A stretch of DNA of 31,915 bases from a virus (lineage: Duplodnaviria > Caudoviricetes), in IMG/VR virus record IMGVR_UViG_3300012527_000046, positions 1 through 31,915 of that record, one strand, 5' to 3'. Position 1 is the stretch's first letter; each line of letters opens with the position of its first letter. This document shows positions 24,901 to 31,915 of the stretch, piece after piece. Below the pieces are notes generated by a model. The model did not search any database, was not told where the DNA came from, and saw nothing but the letters and a program-made list of their open reading frames with translations. The position numbers were made by a program, and so were the translations under genes.

Positions 24901-25161
24901 ATGGACATCTCAACTGCAATCAAGAACCTTCGAGGCCCCGGCCGCACCCAGGAAACGTTCGCGCGCGATGTAGGAGTCGCACGCCAACAAGTGGTTCTCT
25001 GGGAAGCCGGGAAATCCGAGCCTTCGATTGTGAACCTGCAACGGCTTGTCGGGCTGGGTCTCAGCCCCAAGTTTTTGCTCGGAACGCTAGAGGCCACGGA
25101 CCTCGCGCGGAACGAGCATGCGAATAACAAGGCCAAGGCGGGCGCCGGGGTGGCCGCATGA
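24901..25161 (+). CDS. Cro-like XRE regulator
   Basis: TQETFARDVGVARQQVVLWEAGKSEP; divergent from cI. Confidence 0.85.
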   Translation: MDISTAIKNLRGPGRTQETFARDVGVARQQVVLWEAGKSEPSIVNLQRLVGLGLSPKFLLGTLEATDLARNEHANNKAKAGAGVAA

Positions 25162-25469
25162 GCCGCGCCGCGTTCCCCAGCCCGGGCACGGATAACTGGC
25201 GGCTCCTTGAGGACCTCCTCAAGAACCACCCCACCCCGTCGTGGGATTGCAACAGCCGCCTGGGGATGACCGCGCACAGCCGCGCGAGTGACCTGCGAAG
25301 GCTCGGGTGGGTCGTGGTTCACGAAACGCGCAGCACACCACGCCGCGCGAAGAAGCTCGGGCACGGCTACGCCCTCGCGCGCCTTCCCCGCCTGGGCCGA
25401 TCCGCGATACCACCCGCACTGCTCCCTGAGTGGGACCAAGCGCAGTCACGAAAGCACCAGGCAGCGTGA
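25158..25469 (+). CDS. Putative winged-HTH protein
   Basis: SRASDLRRLGWVV; ATGA overlap. Confidence 0.5.
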   Translation: MSRAAFPSPGTDNWRLLEDLLKNHPTPSWDCNSRLGMTAHSRASDLRRLGWVVVHETRSTPRRAKKLGHGYALARLPRLGRSAIPPALLPEWDQAQSRKHQAA

Positions 25470-25687
25470 CAGACGCGCTCTACAGCGGCATCCCATGGAT
25501 GGGCGCGATGGTCATCGCGGTGTTCGCCCTCACCTATGCGTGTGCGCGAGCGGAACAAGGCCACCCCATCGACTGGCTCGGGCCCTACATCACCATCGTG
25601 GCGTGGATGCAAGACACCACCGAGTGGGCCGCGGAAGAACTGAGCCGCCAGCGATGGGACGCCAGCGGCTCGAAGCAAACAACGTAA
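25466..25687 (+). CDS. Small membrane protein
   Basis: GTGA overlap; hydrophobic N-terminal half. Confidence 0.5.
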   Translation: MTDALYSGIPWMGAMVIAVFALTYACARAEQGHPIDWLGPYITIVAWMQDTTEWAAEELSRQRWDASGSKQTT

Positions 25688-25703
25688 AGGGACGAGGGTT
25701 GCT

Positions 25704-25949
25704 ATGGGGACTGTAACAAGAGAACGGGACGACGTGGCAGGAGTGGACCTATGCGGGTTCTGCCTGCAACCACAAACAGTGGTGGACGAGTGGTACTTCT
25801 GTGGTGGCAGTGAGCACTGTAGGAACGAAATGTGTGGTGAGTGCGCGACCATCACCAACCACGGCGAGACACTCACTTGCCCAGCTTGCATCCACGCAGC
25901 TGAACAGCGCGAACTCGCACGCCTCGAGGCTTGGGGGAAGTCCGCATGA
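25704..25949 (+). CDS. Cys-rich Zn-finger protein
   Basis: Four Cys pairs; GAGG SD. Confidence 0.55.
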   Translation: MGTVTRERDDVAGVDLCGFCLQPQTVVDEWYFCGGSEHCRNEMCGECATITNHGETLTCPACIHAAEQRELARLEAWGKSA

Positions 25950-26236
25950 ACCCCGAACCACCAACCAACCCCCCAGCGGAGATCCCAAAGAGCCCCGCTG
26001 AACTACTCCACCAACTACACCTACTCACCCAGGAGATCCTCGACACCGTGGGTGACGTGGAGGACGCCTTCGAACGCATCGCAGCGAGCACCATCCCCCA
26101 GCCGCGTGTATGGCACACACTGGACCGCGCGGGAGAACACATCCACGTGGTGAAGTTCACCGCCTCACGCGCTGATGAACTCGTCGGTGACGCCCGAGCA
26201 TGGATGCGTGCGGCATACACCGGGGGCGCAGCATGA
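25946..26236 (+). CDS. Hypothetical protein
   Basis: ATGA overlaps at both ends. Confidence 0.55.
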   Translation: MNPEPPTNPPAEIPKSPAELLHQLHLLTQEILDTVGDVEDAFERIAASTIPQPRVWHTLDRAGEHIHVVKFTASRADELVGDARAWMRAAYTGGAA

Positions 26237-26487
26237 CGCTCCTAGAAGCACCCGTTTTCGTACCAACACCCACCACACGTATATGCGTGTGGTGCCACGA
26301 GGATTACAACGGAACGTGCGGACCGAAGTGTCCGACGTGCAACGGAACCAGCACCAAGGACATCGTCCCCGGCACCCCCGAGTGGGACGAGTTCACACCC
26401 CCCTCCGCCACTACCTTCACGGTGCCGGCGGACTCCGGGTTCCTGCCACTACGCAACAAGCTCGACATCCTCGCGGACATCGCATGA
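26233..26487 (+). CDS. Zn-ribbon protein
   Basis: CVWC..CPTC; ATGA overlaps. Confidence 0.55.
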   Translation: MTLLEAPVFVPTPTTRICVWCHEDYNGTCGPKCPTCNGTSTKDIVPGTPEWDEFTPPSATTFTVPADSGFLPLRNKLDILADIA

Positions 26488-26681
26488 GTGGTGACCGCGA
26501 GCGCGTAGAGACAGCGCGCATCCGAGTGACCCGAGCAGAAGCCGAACTCCTCCTCGACTTGATCGACGATGGGCGCGCTGCGCACCAGTTAGCGGGGCGC
26601 TACGAAACATTGAAAGCGCTTGGTGACCAGGTGTGGAACGCACTTGACCGCATCGACCAGAAGGGGTTGGCATGGGCCTGA
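26484..26681 (+). CDS. Hypothetical protein
   Basis: ATGA-coupled ORF. Confidence 0.5.
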   Translation: MSGDRERVETARIRVTRAEAELLLDLIDDGRAAHQLAGRYETLKALGDQVWNALDRIDQKGLAWA

Positions 26682-27343
26682 CAGACGAGAACATCAAACA
26701 CCTCCGCCGCCCCTACACCGCCGCCGCTGTGAAGTGGCGTCCCGATGGGAAGCCCGGTGGCACGGTGCGCGCGATGGTGTACATCGATAGCAGCCTAGTG
26801 GTTGAGCGCCTCAGCGAAGTGGACCCCAACTGGACCGCTGACTACCAGTTCCTTGGTGCTGGGATGGGGGACCCCATCGGGTCCAGCCACTACGCACCCA
26901 CGGTGTGCCGCCTCACGGTGCTGGGCCTCACACGCTCCGACATCGGTGGTACCGCCGGCACCAAGCTCGACGCCAAAGCCGCCAAGAGTGCGTACAGCGA
27001 TGCGCTCAAACGCGCCGCGTCCAGGTTCCACGTGGGTGCGTACCTGCGTGCGTTGCCGGTGTTCTGGATCGACGCGGACGACTACACCACCTATCGCGGC
27101 GCGGACGGCAAAGACCGCATCGGACAGATCAAGCCCGGTGGCGTGAAGAAACTCCGTGCGAAGTACCGCGAGATCGTCACGCACACCAAGTTCGTGGACC
27201 GCTTCGGGGAAGCGATCGACTACGGCGACGTAGAGGACGATTCCCGCACCGAACAGGCGGATGAGGGCGGACAGATGGAGCTCGCCCCCGCATCACCGCA
27301 GAAGCCCGCAGGGCGCCCCGTACGCAAGGCAGGGAACGCGTGA
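26672..27343 (+). CDS. Rad52/22-family (Sak-like) single-strand annealing protein
   Basis: VKWR..YIDSSLVVERL..W..CRLTV..KSAYSDALKRAA..GAYL. Confidence 0.85.
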   Translation: MGLTDENIKHLRRPYTAAAVKWRPDGKPGGTVRAMVYIDSSLVVERLSEVDPNWTADYQFLGAGMGDPIGSSHYAPTVCRLTVLGLTRSDIGGTAGTKLDAKAAKSAYSDALKRAASRFHVGAYLRALPVFWIDADDYTTYRGADGKDRIGQIKPGGVKKLRAKYREIVTHTKFVDRFGEAIDYGDVEDDSRTEQADEGGQMELAPASPQKPAGRPVRKAGNA

Positions 27344-27549
27344 GGGGCTGGACGTGCGATGGGGGGTGCGCGTGCTTCTACGCGGACGGTGAGGAGCGCG
27401 CCGCGGGGGAGTTCCAATACTGGCCCGTTGACCATGAAGGCAAGCCCGGTCCGCCACGCACCGCACAGGTCTGCCGTGGGTGCTCACCGCGGTGGGTGTG
27501 GATGTTCGGGATGGGACCGGAACCAGTTGAGGCTGAGGAAGTTGCGTAG
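27340..27549 (+). CDS. Hypothetical protein
   Basis: GTGA overlap; CDGGC..CRGC. Confidence 0.45.
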   Translation: MRGWTCDGGCACFYADGEERAAGEFQYWPVDHEGKPGPPRTAQVCRGCSPRWVWMFGMGPEPVEAEEVA

Positions 27550-27608
27550 TTACGCGAATGAGTTGAGGGGCCAGCGCGGGCTGCGTTGGGCGAACGGGAG
27601 AGGGACTA

Positions 27609-27905
27609 TTGAGCAAGCGAGCGCTGGAAGCTCGGCACAGGTTGGAACGGGATCTCCACCTGATGCCCTACACGGATTACTTGGACACGCCGCACTGGAA
27701 GCATGTGCGCGAGTTGGCGATCGTGCGCGCTGCGTACCGGTGCCAGGTGTGCAACGCAGCGGGACGGCTGGAAGTTCACCACCGCACCTACGAGCGCAGG
27801 GGCTTCGAGGCGCTCGAGGACCTCACCGTGCTGTGTGGCGGCCCCGAGGGGTGCCATTCGTTGTTTCACGACGCCGGGCGCCTGCCGATCGCGGAGGCTG
27901 CGTGA
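27609..27905 (+). CDS. HNH-family endonuclease
   Basis: YLDTPHWK..RCQVCN..LEVHHRTY..DLTVLC..CH. Confidence 0.8.
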   Translation: MSKRALEARHRLERDLHLMPYTDYLDTPHWKHVRELAIVRAAYRCQVCNAAGRLEVHHRTYERRGFEALEDLTVLCGGPEGCHSLFHDAGRLPIAEAA

Positions 27906-28732
27906 TGGCGCGTATCCGCACGAAGAAGCCGCAATGGTGGGACGACAAGAAACTCCACTCTCGGTGCAGTCTGCTAGCCGCTCTGGTGCATGACGGTTTG
28001 TTCACGCGCATGGCGAATGACTACGGCAAGTTCCTAGCGGGCTCGGATGACCTGAAGGCGCACCTGTTCCGGTACCGTTCAGACGTGACCGAGCAGGACA
28101 TCGAGGAGGCAATACAGAGCCTTCGTGAGCATGGGTTCGTTCAGCTGTATCAGGACCGCGATGGGGTGCAACGCTACGGCCGGTTTGAGCCCAGTAAATG
28201 GATCAAGCACCAGACGATAAAACACCATTCCAAGGACGAGTTGCCCGACCCGGGTAAGCACTATCCCTTAATCGGGGCAAATGGGCTAAGTCAGTTCTCA
28301 AAACAGGTCAATAGCAGGGAAGTTCGCCGGTCCTCCGCCGCTCCTCCGGAAGTCCTCCCAACGGATAGGATAGGAGAGGATAGGAATCCCCCTATATCCC
28401 CCAAAGATGATCCGATAGGGGAAGCCGCACAGCGGTTGGCTGGAGTTCTCGGTCAGGATGATGAATACTGGATCGATGCTCTCAAGTTCCACCACTCCGG
28501 CAACCAACGTATCGCTCCGAGCACATACCTCGATGCGATCATCGACTACCTCCACCGGGTTGAGAGTGGCAGCCTCAAGCGCCGACCAGGTGGCGAGCTC
28601 AAATACATCCTTAAGAGCGTTCGGGGTTTCCACTCCGACCTAGCTGAGAGCGACAAACACCGAGCGGCTCGCAACGAGGCATTCGCTCCGCCACCCAAGA
28701 CGGCGTACCCCGATCTGGGGGGGGCAGCATGA
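27905..28732 (+). CDS. Replication initiator (O-like)
   Basis: MARIRTKKPQWWDD N-terminus, ANDYGKF, WIKHQ; precedes the helicase. Confidence 0.75.
   Translation: MARIRTKKPQWWDDKKLHSRCSLLAALVHDGLFTRMANDYGKFLAGSDDLKAHLFRYRSDVTEQDIEEAIQSLREHGFVQLYQDRDGVQRYGRFEPSKWIKHQTIKHHSKDELPDPGKHYPLIGANGLSQFSKQVNSREVRRSSAAPPEVLPTDRIGEDRNPPISPKDDPIGEAAQRLAGVLGQDDEYWIDALKFHHSGNQRIAPSTYLDAIIDYLHRVESGSLKRRPGGELKYILKSVRGFHSDLAESDKHRAARNEAFAPPPKTAYPDLGGAA
28331..28385. repeat. Iteron-like repeats inside the initiator gene
   Basis: TCCTCC x3 at 11-bp period, then GGATAGGA x3. Confidence 0.45.
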
Positions 28733-30036
28733 GCCGGGCGGTTCCGTACAACGAGGACGTGGAAGCGTTCGTCCTGGGTTGCTCGCTGATCAGCGCTCAA
28801 GCCCGCTCGGCAGCCCTCCGGATGTTGAAGCCATCGGACTTCTACCGTCCGCAACACCGAGTCTTGTTCGGCGCGGTGAAATCCATGCAGGACGCCGGGC
28901 TCGCCGATGTGGATGAGTACACCGTCCGAGATTTCCTGAAGGCGTCAGGGGACCTGGAGGCGGCTGGTGGGAAGCTCGAAACGATCACGCTCACCCAGCG
29001 GGTTCCGGCGATCGCGAACCACAAGGCGTATATCGACGAGGTGCGCGCCGTCGCTATCCGCCGAAGTGTGGTGGATGTCGCACACCGCTTGGAGGAGCGT
29101 GCTTGCTCCGAGGACAGCCGCACTGAAGACGCAGTGAACGCCGCCGAGCTCGCAGTGTGCGAACTCAGGGAGCGGATGACCGACACCACACCCCGCGGCA
29201 CAATCGCCGCGATTGACGCGATGTGTGATGACCTGATGTCCGGCGAGGATCTGGACACAATCCCGTTCCCGCTGCAACGGATCACCGACATCGGCGGGGG
29301 GCAGCTGAAGGGAGAGGTCGTTGTCACCGGGGGGATGAGTGGTGACGGTAAGTCGTGGTGGGGGTTGGATTGTGCGGAGATCGCCGTCAACCAGCAGCGC
29401 CGCACGGCGTACTACTCGCTGGAGATGCCAGCTAAGCAGTGTATCGCTCGCCTCGCTGCGATGGGGGGCCACTCGCTCACGGCAATCCGTAAGCGCACCA
29501 TCAACGTTGACGAGCTCGCGCCCCGTGTCCAGCAGTTGCGCAACATGGCAAAGAGTCTCGATATCTTCGACGGCTCGGTGAGCGTCGGGCGTGTCGCTGG
29601 GGACCTAATGCGAGCGCGGATGAGTGGCAAGCCATACCGCTATGTGGTGTTGGACCACTTACACCTTCTCGATCTACCGGACGCAACCCGGGCTGGTGAG
29701 TACCGGATCGCGCTGAACCAGACACTCACCCACTTCAAACGACTCGCCGTTGAGCACGGCTGCACCATCCACCTGTTGGCACAGCTGCGCCGCCCCAACG
29801 AGCGGAAGATCGAACCGCCGCGAATGTCGGACCTCAAAGAGTCCAGCGCCATCGAACAGATCGCTGACTACGTGCTGTTCGTCTACCGCAACCGGGACGA
29901 GGAGAGCGGCATGGTGAAACCCACTGGCCAGTTGATCGTGGCGAAGGCTCGCGACGGGGAGGGCATCGGCAAGGTTGAAGTGGAGTTTGATACCACACGC
30001 TTCCGGTTCCGCCCGTCGATGGGGATGGCGGCGTGA
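28729..30036 (+). CDS. dnaB: DnaB-like replicative helicase
   Basis: DFYRPQHR N-domain, GMSGDGKS, SLEM, VVLDHL, LAQL, SDLKESSAIEQIAD. Confidence 0.92.
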   Translation: MSRAVPYNEDVEAFVLGCSLISAQARSAALRMLKPSDFYRPQHRVLFGAVKSMQDAGLADVDEYTVRDFLKASGDLEAAGGKLETITLTQRVPAIANHKAYIDEVRAVAIRRSVVDVAHRLEERACSEDSRTEDAVNAAELAVCELRERMTDTTPRGTIAAIDAMCDDLMSGEDLDTIPFPLQRITDIGGGQLKGEVVVTGGMSGDGKSWWGLDCAEIAVNQQRRTAYYSLEMPAKQCIARLAAMGGHSLTAIRKRTINVDELAPRVQQLRNMAKSLDIFDGSVSVGRVAGDLMRARMSGKPYRYVVLDHLHLLDLPDATRAGEYRIALNQTLTHFKRLAVEHGCTIHLLAQLRRPNERKIEPPRMSDLKESSAIEQIADYVLFVYRNRDEESGMVKPTGQLIVAKARDGEGIGKVEVEFDTTRFRFRPSMGMAA

Positions 30037-30965
30037 GGCGCTTCCGCCGACAACCCGAAGCCGCACCGCCCGCTTCGTTGGCTGAGTGTGTGGAGCGCTT
30101 CAACGCTGAGATGCGGCGATCGTTCACCGAGAACGCTTGTGATCGGTACAGCCGCGAGCTCGAGCGGTTCCTCGGCACGCTCCCCGCTGGGATCGCTGCT
30201 GATGATGTGACCGCGGGGCATTGCCGCGCGTTCCTGGATTCGTTCGCCGCTCGGGGGTGCAAGCCCTCAACTATCGCGCTCGAGCACACCATCCTGAGTT
30301 CGCTGTTCAAGTGGTTGGCGTTGGAGGACTGCATCGACGTGTCGCCCATGGCGAAGGTACGGCGCATCAAAGTCCCGCCGCTCGCGGATCGTGAGGTGGT
30401 GACGATCAGCACCGAGGACGTGGCGCGGATGCTCAACGCTGCTGAGACGTGGCCTGAGCGGTTGTGTCTTGGGGTGTTCGCTTTCACCGGGGCGCGGCGT
30501 CACGCGGCGGCGATGCTGCGGTGGCGCGACGTGGACCTCCAGCGTGGCACGTTCACGTTGCATGAGAAGGGCCGCAAAGCGATCGTGAAGCCCATCCCCC
30601 ACGAACTCCGCGCACTCCTCGACGCTTACCTGCTGACCCACACCCCAACGTCGGATGAGTGGGTGATCCCGAACAAGCGCCCACTACGCGGCGGGGGGGA
30701 ACGCTCCGATCGTATCGCCTACAACCTGGTGAAGGACGTAGCGAAACGCGCGGGGGTTACCTCTCACTGCCACTCCATCCGCGCGGCGTTCGCTGTTCGG
30801 TTCCTGGAGGAGAACCCCGGCAGAGCCGAGGCGCTCCAGGCGCTGATGGGGCACTCGAGCGTAGCGACCACGTATGGCTACTTGCGGCGGTATGACCGTG
30901 CTGAGGCGATGGAGTCTGTGCGTTCGATGTCGTTCACGAAACCCGAGCCGGGGGAGGCAGCATGA
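30033..30965 (+). CDS. Tyrosine recombinase (XerC/D-like)
   Basis: TGARR, EKG, HSIR, MGH..TTYGY: full R-K-H-R-H-Y catalytic set. Confidence 0.9.
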   Translation: MRRFRRQPEAAPPASLAECVERFNAEMRRSFTENACDRYSRELERFLGTLPAGIAADDVTAGHCRAFLDSFAARGCKPSTIALEHTILSSLFKWLALEDCIDVSPMAKVRRIKVPPLADREVVTISTEDVARMLNAAETWPERLCLGVFAFTGARRHAAAMLRWRDVDLQRGTFTLHEKGRKAIVKPIPHELRALLDAYLLTHTPTSDEWVIPNKRPLRGGGERSDRIAYNLVKDVAKRAGVTSHCHSIRAAFAVRFLEENPGRAEALQALMGHSSVATTYGYLRRYDRAEAMESVRSMSFTKPEPGEAA

Positions 30966-31198
30966 TCGAACTCGCCGTAGGGGTGCTGATCGGTGTGTTG
31001 TTGATGGCGTTGATTTCCTCCGCCGCGCATCGCCGTAGTTACGAAGCGGGCTTCGAGGATGGCGAGCTCCTCGGCCGGGACCAGGCATCGGTGTTCCTGG
31101 ATCGGTTCTTCGCTTGGTGGTTCGACCCGGCAACGCCCACGTTTCTCAGTGATGACGAGGTCTACCAGTGGATGCACCAGGAGGAGGGCCGTGGGTGA
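30962..31198 (+). CDS. Small membrane protein
   Basis: N-terminal TM helix, YEAGFEDG. Confidence 0.55.
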   Translation: MIELAVGVLIGVLLMALISSAAHRRSYEAGFEDGELLGRDQASVFLDRFFAWWFDPATPTFLSDDEVYQWMHQEEGRG

Positions 31199-31889
31199 CG
31201 TGAAAATCCAACAAGCGGGACTCGCGGTAAGGCCGGCGATTCTCGACCTTTTCTGCTGCGCTGGCGGCGCGGCGAAGGGCTACCACGACGCGGGATTCGA
31301 CGTGGTGGGCGTGGACATCAGGCCCCAGCCGAACTACCCATACGAGTTCCACCAAGCCGACGCGCTGGAGTTCCCACTCGACGGATTCGCGGCAATCCAC
31401 GCAAGCCCGCCGTGTCAGGCGAACGTGAAGGGATTGCGTGCCGTGAACGCTGCGCTCGGGCGGACCGACCAGCACGTCGATTTGATTCCCGCTACCCGCG
31501 AGCGCCTTATCGCAGCGGGAGTGCCATACGTCATCGAGAACGTCGAAGGGGCCGCGCTTCGGAATCCCGTGCGGTTGTGCGGCTCCAGCTTCGCCCTGCC
31601 CCTGCGCCGACACCGGCTGTTTGAGGTGAACTTCTCGGTGATGGTTCCGCCCTGCAACCACTCGTGGCAGACGCAGCGGAGGTATTGGACGAGCTGGCGG
31701 CCCAACGGTGAGCGCCGCCTTTCCACGGTGGTGCAGGTCTACGGCAACGCGGGCGACTCGTCCGAGTGGGCGGCGGCAATGGAGATCGGCTGGATGACCC
31801 GAGACGAACTACGTGAGGCTATTCCCCCGGCGTACACCCGGTTCCTGGGCGATTACCTGATGCTTGCAGTCGAGGCGGTGGCCGCATGA
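31191..31889 (+). CDS. DNA cytosine-C5 methyltransferase-like protein
   Basis: LDLFCCAGG (motif I), HASPPCQ (IV), IENV (VI), RHRLF; start 31191 or 31200. Confidence 0.85.
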   Translation: MGDVKIQQAGLAVRPAILDLFCCAGGAAKGYHDAGFDVVGVDIRPQPNYPYEFHQADALEFPLDGFAAIHASPPCQANVKGLRAVNAALGRTDQHVDLIPATRERLIAAGVPYVIENVEGAALRNPVRLCGSSFALPLRRHRLFEVNFSVMVPPCNHSWQTQRRYWTSWRPNGERRLSTVVQVYGNAGDSSEWAAAMEIGWMTRDELREAIPPAYTRFLGDYLMLAVEAVAA

Positions 31890-31915
31890 CGGAGAGCAAG
31901 GGTCAACAGCCGACA
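31886..31915 (+). CDS. Partial ORF running off the window end
   Basis: ATGA overlap with the methyltransferase stop; GAGG upstream. Confidence 0.4.
   Translation, partial: MTESKGQQPT

Noticed and set aside
27359-27904. N-terminal extension of the 457-aa ORF
   Set aside because: It overlaps two better-supported genes; the initiator signature starts at ATG 27905.

Overview
High-GC temperate siphovirus (HK97-type head, long non-contractile tail). The host is probably actinobacterial, inferred from protein styles and TANNNT leaderless starts; no host genes are visible. Gene order: late accessory genes (secreted lytic transglycosylase-like protein, small Zn-finger/membrane ORFs, putative HTH regulator), two HNH genes, terS, terL, a portal split by a 380-aa LAGLIDADG intein, a glycine-rich/repeat fibre-like cassette, Clp-type prohead protease, major capsid, head-tail connectors, major tail, tail chaperones with a -1 frameshift, tape measure, two tail-tip genes and a lysis cassette. 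These are followed by a leftward cI + PASTA-protein operon and a rightward cro/early operon (Rad52-like annealase, HNH, replication initiator, DnaB-like helicase, tyrosine recombinase, C5 methyltransferase). The most striking non-coding signal is the bipartite motif GTTCTGCAC-N6-TAGCCTTT, found at the start of each late module (5 full copies plus 1 variant). In most copies the motif also forms the 5' arm of a hairpin that would mask the downstream SD or start codon on read-through RNA. This suggests a phage-specific late promoter coupled to a translational lock. All functional calls come from motif recognition by eye, not from database searches.
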